Source: a virus
Direction: 5' to 3' (one strand)
Length of the DNA stretch: 64,000 nt
Virus record (IMG/VR): IMGVR_UViG_3300042273_000448
Positions within the stretch are counted from its first letter, which is position 1; each line of letters opens with the position of its first letter. Below the pieces are notes generated by a model. The model saw only the letters and a list, made by a program, of their open reading frames with translations, had not been told where the DNA came from and made no database searches. Position numbers and translations under genes: made by a program. Shown here one piece after another: positions 48,878 to 61,478 of this stretch.

Positions 48878-49417
48878 ATGGAAATAAGAAATAAATTAAA
48901 ACAATTAATGCTTGATGAAAATGTAAATACAAAATTCTATTCAGATATGACAAAGCAGGAATTTAAAGCTTTTCATAAAAAGAATTTTGAATTGAGAAAT
49001 AAATGAGCTAAAGATTATATTTTTCTTTTCATTAAAAATTTTAAACACATTTTCCCTGAAGGAATTATCAACCTAAAGAAAGGTGATAAAGGATTTGCAC
49101 TAAAAGATTTAAAAGAAGAACAAATTTTAAATGCTTGGTCCTTCAATCAAAAAAAGGCCAAAGAATATGAATATGCCACATCAAATTTAGGAAAAGAAAT
49201 TGATGCTGATACATTTTTCATGAATGTTCTTGATTGGACAGAAGGATTTGCTCCTAGATCAATTGATGTTAAAACTGAACAAATAAGAGATATAATTATT
49301 AAAAGAATGGATAATGAAGTTACAAATAATAAGACCCCATATGACGTAGATATTATCGGAGATTGAGATGATCTCAAGGCTGAGGGTTTCTTTGACAAAT
49401 ATCCCCATCTAAAATAG
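48878..49417 (+). CDS. hypothetical protein (about 179 aa, 2 TGA)
   Basis: ATG 48878, AGGAG upstream. MEIRNKLKQLMLDEN...ELRNK-W-AKDYIFLF...IIGD-W-DDLKAEGFFDKYPHLK. The overlapping minus ORF 49147..49398 is antisense noise. Confidence 0.45.
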
Positions 49418-49433
49418 TTTTAGGAGAAAATTT

Positions 49434-49841
49434 GTGGCAATTGATAAAGATAAAATTGTTGATGATCTACTTAAAGAATATCCAATATATGAACTTGTAG
49501 CTTTTGATGAATTGAATATTTCTCAAAAGCTACAAGATAATCCTTATCAAGTAATTAGATTTCAAGATCAATTACTTAAAGAAAAAATCAGATATGAAGA
49601 ACTTGAAGAGCTTCAAGAAAAACTTGTTGGTGAACTTTATCACAAGTATCGATTTCAATCTGAAGAAGAACTCTCAAACAAGGAAATAGAAAAATACTAT
49701 TTGCCTAAAGATCCAAAATATCTTAAAATGAAAGAGATTTTGAGAAAACAAAAAATTCGTATAGCATTCTTTGAGCTCTGTGTAAAAGGTCTTGATAGAC
49801 AGTATTGGAGTATGAAAGAATTTGCTAATAAGAGAATCTAA
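49434..49841 (+). CDS. UvsY-like recombination mediator (tentative)
   Basis: 135 aa, GTG start. Sits immediately before uvsW. C-terminal ...LCVKGLDRQYWSMKEF loosely parallels T4 UvsY ...SLQYWGILLDF. Weak. Confidence 0.3.
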   Translation: MAIDKDKIVDDLLKEYPIYELVAFDELNISQKLQDNPYQVIRFQDQLLKEKIRYEELEELQEKLVGELYHKYRFQSEEELSNKEIEKYYLPKDPKYLKMKEILRKQKIRIAFFELCVKGLDRQYWSMKEFANKRI

Positions 49842-51274
49842 TGATTACTTTAAAAATGTATGACAGATTACATATATTTGTAGATTGTGATGATAGAGAA
49901 ATTTTATTAAAATTAAAAGATCATTTTTCTGAATATGCTCCTGGGTATGCTTTTAGTCCAAAGTTTAAAGTTGGACATTGAGATGGAAAAATTTATTTGT
50001 TTAGTATCTATGATAAGATTCTTCCTTATGGATTATTGACTGAATTTCTTTCATTTTACAAAAAGAATTATCCCAAAACCCAACTGATTATAGATGATGA
50101 AGTAAAAGAGTTTCTCAAACAGGATTCAAGTTTTGATAATATTGAATTAGAAAAATGTGAGCCCTGGGATTATCGCCCATACCAAGAAGAATGTATTCGT
50201 AAAGCATTAAAATATAAAAAATGTATTATTAGGGCCGCAACTTCTGCAGGAAAAAGCTATATTATTGCTGGTATAATCAAAAATCTTCTTCATAGCAAGA
50301 AAATTTCAAATGCTATGATAATTGTCCCTACTACTTCACTGGTAGAGCAATTTTATAAAGATATCTTAGACTATGGATTTTATAAAGAAGATCTTGGCCG
50401 TGTATATTCAAAATTTAAAGAATGGGATAAGAAGATTGTTATTTCAACCTGACAATCTTTATCACATAATGTTTCTCAAGTAGAGAATTTTGATTGTGTA
50501 ATTATTGATGAAGTACATGGCGCTAGAGCCACAGTTATTAGGGATATTTTAAAAGCTTCAAATGCAGACTATCGAATTGGCTGTACTGGTACAATGCCTG
50601 AAGCAAGACTTGAAACTATGAATGTAAAAAGTTACTTGGGTCCTATAGTTGTTGAAGTACCAGCATCAGAACTTGCAGACTTAGGATACATCTCAGATAG
50701 TAAAATTGTAATGTATCATATTAAATATAATACAAAATTTTCTACTGACTATAATGAAGCAAAAGATGAGATATTTAGAAATTCTTTTAGATTAAACAAT
50801 ATATGTAATATTCTTAATAGTATTAATAAAACTGTTTTACTTTTAGTTGGTAAAGTTGAAACAGAAGGTGAATTCCTTAAACGATTTTTATTGGATCGCG
50901 GGTTATGTGAGGAAGACAATATAGTATTCATTTCTGGATCTATGGATACATCAGATAGAGAGATCTGAAGACAAAAAGTGATACAAAACCCCGATAAAAA
51001 ATATATAATTTGCGCAACATACGGGACGTTTAGTACAGGGATCAATATACCTAATTTAGGGCATCTTATTTTTGCTGCCCCCTATAAGTCGAAAATCAGG
51101 ATACTCCAATCTATAGGCCGGGTTTTACGTAAACATGCATCAAAAAATGGTGCTATTATATACGATTTGGTAGATCATAATAACAAATGGTTCCCAAAAT
51201 ACGGCGATATTAGATTAAGATTTTATGATAAAGAAAAGTTTGAAGTAATAGAGAAGGAGTTAAAAGAACCTTAA
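49841..51274 (+). CDS. uvsW: UvsW-like SF2 DNA helicase (about 477 aa, 3 TGA)
   Basis: ATG 49841 overlaps the upstream stop. N-terminus KMYDRLHIFVDCDDREILLKLKDHFSEYAPGYAFSPKFKVGH-W-DGKIYLFSIYDKILPYGLL matches T4 UvsW KVHFHDFSHVRIDCEESTFHELRDFFSFEADGYRFNPRFRYGNWDGRIRLLDYNRLLPFGLV. Walker A TSAGKS, DEVH box VIIDEVHG, motif VI QSIGRVLRK. Confidence 0.8.
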
Positions 51275-51558
51275 TGAAATTTAAAGAATTTATGCTTAAT
51301 GAGATGTTATCTAATGAGATGAATCTCAATGATAAAACTGATGATGAAATTTTAAGAATGGCTATTGTTGCTGAACAGGATGCTATTGTTCTTTATCAAT
51401 TGATGGCTAGAAAAGTAAAAAACAAAAAAGTAAAGGAAGTTCTTCTTGATGTTGCTCGAGAAGAAAAAGTTCATATTGGTGAATTTAAAGGCCTTTTAGA
51501 AATGTTAGATAAAGAAGAAATTCCTTCAGAGAAAGAAGGAAAAGATGAAATTGAATAA
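51274..51558 (+). CDS. hypothetical small protein
   Basis: 94 aa ORF immediately after uvsW. Confidence 0.35.
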   Translation: MKFKEFMLNEMLSNEMNLNDKTDDEILRMAIVAEQDAIVLYQLMARKVKNKKVKEVLLDVAREEKVHIGEFKGLLEMLDKEEIPSEKEGKDEIE

Positions 51559-51593
51559 ATAATTAAAATATGCTTTAGTAGGAGTCAGTTTAA

Positions 51594-54500
51594 ATGAGAG
51601 ATTATTTAATAGAAAATCATATATGAAAAGATCAAGAAGGGAAAGATAAATTCCTTGCAAAAGAAAAGAAAATTACAAATGAATTTTGGATTAATTTTCT
51701 TGGCTTTCTTGGTCTGTATGCAAAATATAAAGATGAGAACAAACTCATTCAATATTTTAAACAGTCTACAGTAAGACTAGACAAAGTTACTGATACAGAT
51801 TCTGATCTAATGGTTATTTTGAAAGTCATTGATGACAAAAAAGTTATACCTGACATGACTATGACCAAGATTACCAAAATGCTCGCCAAAATTAAAATGG
51901 GAACATTGGGTGGGCTGGACGAAAATATGTTTAGAGACGAAATTATCAAAAGAATAAAAGTTTCATCTTTATACCCATATCCACAAATTTCCGCTCTTCT
52001 TAAAGATTTTAAGAAAGGAAATAAAACTTTATCTGATATGCTTCCAGAACTCTACAGTTTAGCGATGCAGCATAAGAGAGCACATGAATTTAGGGTATTA
52101 TATAAAAGGCTTTCAAGTCCTTCAGATAGTACCCAGGATGCTACAGACGCACCTGTAACTGTTGATACTGTTGTCCCAAAAGTTTCGTCAGTCAAATCTG
52201 CATTAACAGGCGAACCTAAGACTACAAATATTCCTGTTAAAACTCAAGTTATCCCTACTGATGAGCCAAAAGAAATTCCTGCTCCAACTTGGCAGGATAT
52301 TACTTTATATACTAATGCAAATCAACTAGATCTTGAATTAAGCACATATTATCTTCTAATGTATCTGGTTTCTAATAGTAAATCTTCTAGTGATATTCAA
52401 ACTATTGTTAGAAGTCTTTATATGAGATATACTCCTTCAAGAACAGTAATGAAGCAGTTTTTGTTTGACGAAATTCCAGATGAAATCAAAAAGCAATTCC
52501 CTACAATCGAAAAATTATATACCCCAATTAAAGGAGATTTTTCTAGATTGTCTCCATATTTTATTGAATATGCATTTAAAGATTCACTTCTTTTTGATTT
52601 TAGATATATGGTTAGAACTCTTCAGATGAAAGATAATATAAAAGATCTATATACAACTTTTTCTTCTTTTTTTATTGAAGATTTAAAAAAATATTTTTCA
52701 GAATGAAGAGGCTCTTTAAAAATTGCTTCTAAAGTTCCTGACAAATATATTGATGAATTAGATTCTATTCTTAAATCTACATTCCCAGATTGTTTGAATG
52801 AAAAAAATATAATTAGAGCAATTATTATGCTGCGGGGAAACGATTTTGAGACTCTTATTCATGGCATTTATGGGGATCAAAAAATTGAAATTGTAGATTA
52901 TTTAGGGCATTTTGCTGAATATATGACTTTGGATACTATAAATGTTGTGATTTCTATTGAGAGTAGATCATCAAAAGAAATAGCAAAAAAATGGATTTTA
53001 TTAGATGATAAAAAAAGTGCAGCATATAGATGAGCTGATTCAATGTTGACACTTAAAGACAAAATTGGTGATAAATTATCATATGAAATTCTTAATTCTG
53101 AGTTAGTGAAGAGAACAAATCCAACCTCCTTTCATGAATTTTATTTAAAACATTTGAAAGATAATAATTGAACTTTAAAAGAATATATTGAACACTATAA
53201 TTTACCATATTCTGAATTTATTGAACGAGTAAAATCAAGTAATGATGATCTTAGAAAGTATCTTACTTTGGCATTTTTTTTACATAAAGAATATCAAACA
53301 GATCATTCATATTTGATTGAGGATCTTGCACTTGAGACTGGCCCAGGATTTAAATGGATAGATGTTTATATTAGTGAACGAGAAGAATTTAGTTTGGTTG
53401 GACTTTATTGTTTGAATTATTTTGCATATAAAGGAAACTGGACCAAATTTGCGTATTTGGTCAAAACTATAGAAAGAGACTCAAAAAACAATTATCACCC
53501 CAAATATATTATTGGCGAAGTTAAAGTTATTAAAAATATTTTTAGGAAGCTTAATACATCTATGCCTGAGTTTCTACTTTTTTATACACTATTAACAAAA
53601 TTAATAGATGATAAGTTCGATATGAGTACGGTGCAAAATTGGGGAATTGAAGCAGATTTTATATTTAAGAACCCCGATTTGTTTATAGATTTAAATAAAA
53701 TAGTAGCATACAGATTACAGAATTTTATTAAATATTTTGAAAATAGTGATTATGATTTATCAAAAAGCATAAAGATAGACGCAGCCATTAAAACTATAAT
53801 TAAAGAGAATGATGATAGTACATATGGTTTCTTTTCAGTTAAAGACTATAGGTTTAATTTAAAAACTTTTAATTCATATAAAGATATATGGTTAGAACAT
53901 GTAAAATATAAAATTAAGATTTCAGGTCTTCATATTCTAAGAGATTTTAATTATTTAATTTCGAAAGGATTTTTAGATAAAGCTTTTGTTCAACAATTTT
54001 TAGCAGACAATATGGACGATGAAAGATATAAAAAAAATGTATATGATTATGTATATAACTTTCCGGTATATGAACAAGATGAATTAAAAAAATCTTTTGC
54101 CTTAGAATATTTCGATTCAAAAGACAAAATAAATGATTTCTTATTAAATCATGAAGATAATGATTGAAGATTAAAATATCTTAATAGAGCAGGATACTAT
54201 ACATCTAAGGAAGCTACTGAAAATATTGCGGAATATTTAGATCGAAATTCTTTCATGATTGGAAAGTTATATGACGATTATGGAGTAGATGCCCTAATAG
54301 AATATTTTAAGAATGATAATGTTCAAGGGGTTTGGGATAAAATTAGTTCTGGTAAAAGACTTTTAAATAAGACCAATAGTCTTGAATATATCATGTTAGA
54401 TATGTTATCTGATAAAGATAAACTTCAAAAACTTGATGATCTATTAGATGCATTTCCTAATAAAATTGCTAATTCATTAGTTAATACATTGAAAGATCAA

Positions 54501-55799
54501 CTTTTGATTTATCCACTATTAAAAGATATTTTCAATGATGATAACCCTTTAAAACCCTCAATTAAATTAACCCCTTCTAGAATCAAAACATTATTGAAAT
54601 ATAATAACTTTGAATTTAAGGGAGCAATGCTTAGAAAGAAGCCAAGAGAAAAATGGGCAGATTACTTTGTGCGTGTTGAACAAGTATTAAAGGGAGATGC
54701 TCTCATTCCAGATATCAATTTGGAAAAAATTGAGGAAACTCAAGATCAGCTTAATGAAAAGTCTGTTGAATATTCTAAATATTATAATGGAAAACATGGA
54801 AATTCTGCTGTTGAATTTATTGAATCCTTTAATGTTAATATGAAATATCCTGAATTTGATCAATTTAGAACAAGATTTGGAGCTAGTGAACTTATTCCAG
54901 CTTTCCATGCTTCAGGATTAACAGCATCAAACTTTATTTTAAGATTTGGGTTTACTGTTATTCCTGCAAACGATTCTTCTACTGTTGGCAGAATGCTTGA
55001 TATTCATAATATGCTTTTAGTTAAACCTAAAAGTGATGGAGATGCTATTGAAGAGTCTAATGATTATATTGAATATTTAGAAAATGGATATTTTCCTGTA
55101 TCATCACGAGAATCTGGTAAACGAGTTACATATAGTGATTATCCAACAGATTTATATCATTGGAGAACAATAGATACTGTTGGTGGAATTTATGTAACTA
55201 ATGTTATTGAAAAGGCTGCTCAATATCTTGGAGATGATGGTTACTCAAGAAGAGAAGGAACAGTTGGGACAATCTATGAATGTGAAGTAAATCTAGGGGA
55301 TTATGGACTTCATCATCATGTTGCAGGTACCGGAAACGACTCAATTCGTTCTCCCGAATGAGCAATTTGTTGACCTCAAGCTCAAATTAACATTGTAAAA
55401 GCTCATAAAGTAATGTTCACAAATAAGAAAAGAATTAAAGAACTTAAAGCTAAATATCCTAATGCTTTAAAAGAAAACAAGTATTTTAAACGATTTGCAG
55501 ATTATCTTCAGGAGCAAGAAATGATTAAAAGTAAAAATGTTATTACATTTGTGTTTCATCAGTGTACAGTACCAACTGCTAAAGAAATTATGCCTTGGGA
55601 AGATTTTGAAAAGAAAGTTATTAAGAAATCTAACAAGATGTATGTTGATTCAAATCAGTTTGGTATCGGTATAACCTTCCATACGGATAAAGATCTTAAT
55701 GGTGTAGTTCGAGTTCCATTTACTGATGAGTTTATGGTAGATGACCCCGAAGGTTTATATTCTCAGTTTCTGATGTTAGTTGATGAATGTAAAGGTTAA
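51594..55799 (+). CDS. giant hypothetical protein, 1401 codons in one frame with 7 in-frame TGA
   Basis: Track ORFs 51810..52706, 52794..53033, 53268..54167, 54255..55361 and 55413..55799, plus an ATG at 51594, are all in frame 0. The gaps contain only TGA (51624, 52704, 53034, 53169, 54168, 55362, 55374) and no TAA/TAG. TAA precedes 51594. Confidence 0.5.
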
Positions 55800-55802
55800 G
55801 GA

Positions 55803-55826
55803 GACGGGAGCTTCGGCTCCCTTTCA
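55803..55826 (+). terminator. rho-independent terminator (GGGAGCttcgGCTCCC), same hairpin as 36648
   Basis: gacGGGAGCttcgGCTCCCtttc after the giant ORF. Weak T-run. Confidence 0.5.
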
Positions 55827-55828
55827 TT

Positions 55829-56320
55829 ATGACACAATTTATTAAATTTTTGAGAATGGATCTAAAGAGTGGTGATTCTAAAAGGTCCTATTTTGGAAAG
55901 GCGGCTGCTGGTGCCATTGTATATGCTAAAAAGGAAAAAGCCTTCCTAGTTCTTCAAAGACAAAAAGATACTATAGACGGATGGAAAAAAGTCAAAGAGG
56001 CAGGAACTTGAAGCATTGTTGTTTCGGGAAAAGTTGATGATTCTGATAAATGACCAAAAATAACAGCCAAAAGAGAATTTAAAGAAGAACTGCGATATAA
56101 TGGCACCTTTAAAATTTCAGAAAAACCATTTGATATTTTTGAGGATGGAGATTTTACTTTTACAACCTTTATAATAACTGTGGATGAGATATTTGAACCA
56201 AAGTTAAATTGGGAACATTCAGCTTATAAATGAATTACATCTTTTAAAGATATTCCTGCGCCTATTCATTTTGGAACAAAAAGAATTTTAAAGAAGTTGC
56301 AAATCAAATACAAAATGTAA
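55829..56320 (+). CDS. Nudix hydrolase (putative), about 163 aa, 3 TGA
   Basis: Track ORF 55829..56011 extended in frame. SGKVDDSDK-W-PKITAKREFKEELRYNG fits the Nudix box Gx5Ex7REUxEExGU approximately. Confidence 0.4.
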
Positions 56321-56329
56321 TTTGACTAA

Positions 56330-56390
56330 TAAGTTATACATTAAGCTCTTTAATGAGTTATATGTATAACTTATTAGTCATTTTTCCTAA
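56330..56390. terminator. perfect 19-bp inverted repeat (TGACTAATAAGTTATACAT ... ATGTATAACTTATTAGTCA): candidate bidirectional terminator
   Basis: Lies between the convergent Nudix gene (+) and the nuclease gene (-). Confidence 0.55.
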
Positions 56391-56395
56391 TTAGA

Positions 56396-57884
56396 GAATT
56401 ACTTCTCCAGTTTCTTCATCAATCATTTCTTCCAATATAAATTTTTTACATAACTTTAAATTTTCTTCAAATTTATCTTCTGCTCATACAGTAAGAATTT
56501 TATAACCAGCATTAATAGCGATATTATTTTTAAAGGCGTCCCTTTCAAGTGCTTTAATATAGTCACATTCTTTGTCTCAAACATGCCTTCATTGTTCTTT
56601 TTTATCTATAGATCATGTATCTCTTACATGAGATCCATTGCCATTATATTCTATTATAAGTTTATCAAATAATGTAAAATCAAACATAAATCTATTTTTT
56701 CTATTATTGTATGTTATACACAATTCAGAACTTTCTGGTATACCACATTTAATATCTTTAAAATCTGCAATATTCTCTTCAAATAATCAATCTATCAATT
56801 CATAAAATAACTTTAAGGATTCTTTGGAAACCGACCTAGTATTTCCTGATGATCTTTCACAAAACAAATTATATCTTTTTATGCCCTCATCTTCTCCATA
56901 TCTATCTATAAAATTGTGTAAATTTTGTTTTGATTTTTCTCTAAATATGGTATGTCTTCTAGTTCCTTCTTCCTTTCCATATATTCTAATCATATTATCT
57001 AATGTAGGCACACTAGACTTACTTCATCTATTATAAAAAGAAGCTCCTTCTTCCTTTCCGTATCTATTAATACAATATTTTAAAGAGCCAATGCCTTTTT
57101 TGTTACTGCAAACTTCTTTATATCTTCTAGTTCCTTCTTCCTCTCCATATATTCTAATCAAATTGTTTAAACCACAGCCAACTTTATTACAATATTCATT
57201 ATATTTCTTTAATCCTTCTTCCTCTCCATATCTAATAATAAAGTTTTCTTTGGAATTTTTAGCAGAATTTACTCATTCATTGTATCTTCTAGTTCCTTCT
57301 TCCTCTCCATGCTTTGATATATATTCTTCTAATGTAAGATGTGATTTTGATCATTCATTGTATCTTCTAGTTCCTTCTTCCTCTCCATGCTTATAAATAA
57401 ATTTTTCTTTAGATAAAGATTTTGATAAACAATATTCGTCATATTTCTTTAATCCTTCTTCTTCCCCGTGTCGTTTTATAAAATTTTGTTTATTATTTTT
57501 TGTTTTATTAACTCATTCATTGTATCTTCTAGTTCCTTCTTCCTCTCCATATTTGTTGGTGAAGAATGCTAAGTCTCTACTACAACCAGCACAGATTTCA
57601 TTGTATCTTCTAGTTCCTTCTTCCTCTCCATATAAAATTTTTAGTGCATGAATACTCCTGGATTTGCCGCATTTTTCGCACAATGGTTTATATTTGCCAG
57701 AAGAACTTATAAAATATGTTTCATTTGTTTTACATAACTTACATATACCGTCCATATTATCTACTTTAAGATTATTATCATAATAAAATTTAAAAGATAT
57801 ATTATGTTTTTTTGTTAAATGTGTTTTAAGTGCTTTCATAGATTTACATTCTATATTGCATATAAGACATATTATTGACATCAA
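56396..57884 (-). CDS. zinc-finger / YGEEEGTRRYNE-repeat / PD-(D/E)xK-like nuclease protein (about 496 aa, 7 or more TGA)
   Basis: Track ORFs 57513..57884 (C2H2-like CLICNIECKS...HLTKKHN, then repeats) and 56787..57011 plus the intervening sequence translate continuously on the minus strand through TGA codons. The nuclease core is FMFDFTLFDKLIIEYNGNGSH...D-W-SIDKKEQ. The plus-strand ORFs here (LLVPSSSPY...) are the antisense image of the repeats. Confidence 0.5.
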
Positions 57885-57941
57885 AAAACTCCCTTTTATT
57901 TTATTTATAAAAAGGAGTTTTTAAAATTGGCGCCAGATATT

Positions 57942-58989
57942 ATTCTTCTAAAGAAACATCTTTTAGTGATTCCTTAAGTTCTTCATCGATCGTACTATAT
58001 CCAGTAGCTTTAAGTTCATTATTTATTTTTTCTAACATTTCCCTGTTAAATCATGGAATAGTTTTTTCGATTCCCTGAACTTTTTCACCTGTTATAACAT
58101 TTGTACATCAACCAGCCCCTGCCTTAGTAATAAATCCAAATTTTTCAGCTAAATCAAACATACCATGAACTTTGTTAATACCATGTACATAATCAATATC
58201 AACCTCACATCTATTAAATGCAGGGTAAAATCTATTTTTTAACGTGTATGCTTTAACTACATTTCCAATTACTGTTTTATCTTTATCATATTTCTTTGAC
58301 TTTTTGAGCATAATAATACAATCGGCTAAATATTTACAAGCTTTACCACCACCTATTTCTTCTTCAGTAGCATAAAGACCAGCATTTGGACTTCCGTATG
58401 TATGCCCGGTATAAATACCAATGGAACTTTTCTTTTTAATGATTGTGGTGAATAACTTCATCATTTGCTTAATTTTTCTTGCGAGGCCACCTTGATCTGA
58501 TTTAACATTTCCATCTGAAGCATCTGATAGAAGTTTATTTGATTCAAGACCGCCAATAGAATCTAAAATAATTAAAAATTTTTCATCTTCTTCTTCAAGT
58601 AATTGTCCAAAAATAGAGCTTACATTATCTACAATTGGTTCATAAATATATAATATCTCATCAGGGTCTAGACCCCATCTTTTTACAAATTCCCCTGATA
58701 GTCCCCCTTCAGTATCTATGATAATTACTTTATATCCTTCTTTTTGTGAATTAGCTGCACAGATACATGCAAATGAAGATTTAAAAGATGCTTCCATGCC
58801 AGCTAAAAAATTCATAGATCTAACAGGCAGCCCCTTAAAAAGATCCCCAGAAATAATTCTATTTAAATCATAACTTGGGGTACTGATTCAAGAATCACAA
58901 TTCATGATTTCACTATCACTTAAAATTTCACAATGTACACCCTTAACTTTTTTATTAATTTTAGCTTTCAATTCTTTTAATGTTGTCAT
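57942..58989 (-). CDS. uvsX: UvsX/RecA-family recombinase (about 349 aa, 2 TGA)
   Basis: Track ORF 58108..58815 extended both ways in frame. LAGMEASFKSSFA, FLIILDSIGGLESNKL, KQMMKLFTTI and IGIYTGHTYGSP match T4 UvsX LAGPSKSFKSNFG, VVFIDSLGNLASKKE, KSLFRIVTPYF and IAINHTYETQ. Confidence 0.75.
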
Positions 58990-59001
58990 ATTTTTTTCTC
59001 C

Positions 59002-59448
59002 TTAACATTTATACATATCTTCAATATTAAGATCTTCTAAATAATCTTTCATATTTTTATTTTCTAATAAATTTTTAAAAACATTAAAACATTTATCTTG
59101 TAAAAATTTCATTCTTGCTTCATGGCCATATAACATTTCTGGCATATCATTTTCATCAAATGAAATGTAATATTCATCAACAATTTTTAAATCTTTAATA
59201 TGTATAAGACCACTTAGATAAGTATATATAGCAATAATTCTTTTAGCAGAATCTAATTCACAAGAGAATCCAATAATAATATCATTTTCAAAGACAGTTA
59301 AAGTTAAATTTCCATCTAAAAGGGATATTACTTCATTTTCCTCATTATAATAAGCAAGCTCTTTACCTAGATACTTATCATCTTTAACGATATCCCAAAT
59401 TCTTTTTGTAATTTCTACATCTGATAACCCCCGCTTCCATTCATCCAT
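59002..59448 (-). CDS. hypothetical protein
   Basis: 148 aa ORF. Confidence 0.4.
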   Translation of the reverse strand: MDEWKRGLSDVEITKRIWDIVKDDKYLGKELAYYNEENEVISLLDGNLTLTVFENDIIIGFSCELDSAKRIIAIYTYLSGLIHIKDLKIVDEYYISFDENDMPEMLYGHEARMKFLQDKCFNVFKNLLENKNMKDYLEDLNIEDMYKC

Positions 59449-61475
59449 TATACTTCCTCCTTAATAGAGCTATATCCATTAGATTTAATAATATTAAACC
59501 TACGATCAAATGTAAACGAACTAATTTCTTTTCTATGAGAAACAATGAATGTAGCAAGATTGTCTTCACGTTGTTTGATAGTTACAATATTCATAAGATT
59601 TTCAATACCTTTAACATCTACAGAAGAATCCAAAATTTCATCAAGAATAAGAATGTTTGGGAGATTTTTGCATTTTAATTTTGAAATGTCATAAAGAGCA
59701 AATTGAAGAGCCAATTCTAAAGATTTCTTTTCTCCCCCGGAAAGACTACTGGCTGTTGCATTAGAAATTCCAGCTCCCTTGATTTCACAATCCAGCCATC
59801 CATCAAGCTTGATATAAAACCCTACGGCTGCCTCTGAGAGGTAATGGTTAGCTCTCTGGTTAATGATAGGTACTAGACTACTAATGGCATATTGCTTAAT
59901 CTGGTCATCACCACAGAGCTTCTTCAGGAAGGAATAATAATCCTTCAAAAGACTAAGATTAGTATTCTTCTTTTTGAGTTCAACATTTTCACTCTTCAGA
60001 AGACTCAGTTCAGAAATAGCATTTGCTTTGTATTCTTCAAGCTTCTCAATCTGAGCTTTTCTTTCTTCAATTCTATTTTTTTCATTTTCAATCTGAGAAA
60101 GAAGAAGATCTCTATTGTACAATGAGGCCCTTTCCTTCATTTCTTTCAATTTTGAATTGCAATTAAATACAGTATTAGAGAATTTTTCTTTTGTTTCCTT
60201 TAGAGTCTTAATAGATTCCATAATCTCTAAATACTTACTATTTTCTTCAATTACTTTTGTTAATCTTTCAATTTCAGATTCATAATACTTATAATCCATA
60301 TTAGATTTTTTAATATCATTATGCTTAGAAATAAGGAGGTTTTCCTTTTCTTCTACTTCAGTAAGCTCCTTGTTTAATCTATCTTTTTCTTTTGCTTTGT
60401 GTTCTCTAATAGATTCATTATTCATTTTAGATCCACAAATAGGACAATTATCAAGATCTTCATATTGCCCTTTTTGTGAGACCTTTTTCAGATCTGAAAG
60501 GATGGATTCTTTCTTTACCTTATAATCGAAACACTCATCATAAAGAAGCTTTTCAAGTTCCTCATCGTAGTTTACACTAGTAAAATTCTTCTTACATTCT
60601 TCTAACTTGTCAGCAGCATTAGGGTCATAACTAATTCCCTTTAGAAGAGCATTCTTTTCTGAAAAAGCTATTTCAGCTTTATTTTTAACTACTTCAATAT
60701 CTTTAATCTTTTGTTCATATTTCTCAATATCTTCTTTTGAAGGAAGATCATCCGGGATATCGTTGAGTTGTTCCTGAAGTAACTGTAAGTGAGTATCTGA
60801 AATGTCAATACTTCGAATATCAGAAGTGTATTTTGAAACATTTATTTCTAATGAAGAAATTCTCTCTTCATTTTTCGAAACAGAAGTTTTGTTCTCTAAT
60901 ATTGCACTATCAATATTAGAAACTTTTTTATTAATCTTATTCTTTATATCTGAGTATGCTTCAAGATTGAAAATGTTCTCTAGAAATTTTCTTTTCTGAG
61001 CTTTAGGAATATCAAAGATTGAAACGAAGTTATTTGGATTATAATAGAACAAGGAAATAAAGGTTTTGTAATCAATTTTCAAAATTTCTTCTTCGAGATA
61101 TTTTTGAAAATCTGTGACAGAAGCTAAAGAATCAAGTTCTTTATCGCCCTTGTAAATTTTTAGAACATTAGGTTTGATTCCTCGTTCAATCCTATATTTA
61201 ATCCCATCAATAGAGAATGAAATTTCTACCAAGCATTTTTTCTTATTCTTCCAATTTACTATTTGATCTTTAGTAATATCTTTAATTGTTTTGCCAAACA
61301 ATGCCCAAACAATACTTTCATTTAAACCAGATTTCCCTGCTCCATTTGATCGTGAAGTATCCTTGTTTTGCCCTGAGATCAAAGTCAGCCCGTGGTCAAT
61401 TTTAAATGTTGAAACATTAGATCCATATGATAGAAAATTCTTTATCTTGACTTCTTCTAAATGAATTATAGACAT
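59448..61475 (-). CDS. gp46: recombination endonuclease ATPase subunit, T4 gp46 / SbcC-Rad50-like
   Basis: 675 aa. N-terminal Walker A GQNKDTSRSNGAGKSGL, long coiled-coil middle with CxxC zinc hook (CPICGSK), C-terminal ABC signature LSGGEKKSLELAL and Walker B ILILDEILD. Confidence 0.8.
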   Translation of the reverse strand: MSIIHLEEVKIKNFLSYGSNVSTFKIDHGLTLISGQNKDTSRSNGAGKSGLNESIVWALFGKTIKDITKDQIVNWKNKKKCLVEISFSIDGIKYRIERGIKPNVLKIYKGDKELDSLASVTDFQKYLEEEILKIDYKTFISLFYYNPNNFVSIFDIPKAQKRKFLENIFNLEAYSDIKNKINKKVSNIDSAILENKTSVSKNEERISSLEINVSKYTSDIRSIDISDTHLQLLQEQLNDIPDDLPSKEDIEKYEQKIKDIEVVKNKAEIAFSEKNALLKGISYDPNAADKLEECKKNFTSVNYDEELEKLLYDECFDYKVKKESILSDLKKVSQKGQYEDLDNCPICGSKMNNESIREHKAKEKDRLNKELTEVEEKENLLISKHNDIKKSNMDYKYYESEIERLTKVIEENSKYLEIMESIKTLKETKEKFSNTVFNCNSKLKEMKERASLYNRDLLLSQIENEKNRIEERKAQIEKLEEYKANAISELSLLKSENVELKKKNTNLSLLKDYYSFLKKLCGDDQIKQYAISSLVPIINQRANHYLSEAAVGFYIKLDGWLDCEIKGAGISNATASSLSGGEKKSLELALQFALYDISKLKCKNLPNILILDEILDSSVDVKGIENLMNIVTIKQREDNLATFIVSHRKEISSFTFDRRFNIIKSNGYSSIKEEV

Positions 61476-61478
61476 TTA

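Noticed and set aside
57091..57396. Plus-strand ORF 57091..57396 (LLVPSSSPY repeats) and similar ORFs 56824..57036, 17620..17880, 6644..6850
   Set aside because: These are antisense images of the minus-strand repeat-protein genes. They are low complexity, with no start context.
59002..59448. 148-aa ORF downstream of gp46 considered as gp47 (Mre11-like nuclease)
   Set aside because: Too short, and it lacks phosphoesterase motifs (D-x-H, GNHE). The gp47 homologue is presumably elsewhere or absent.
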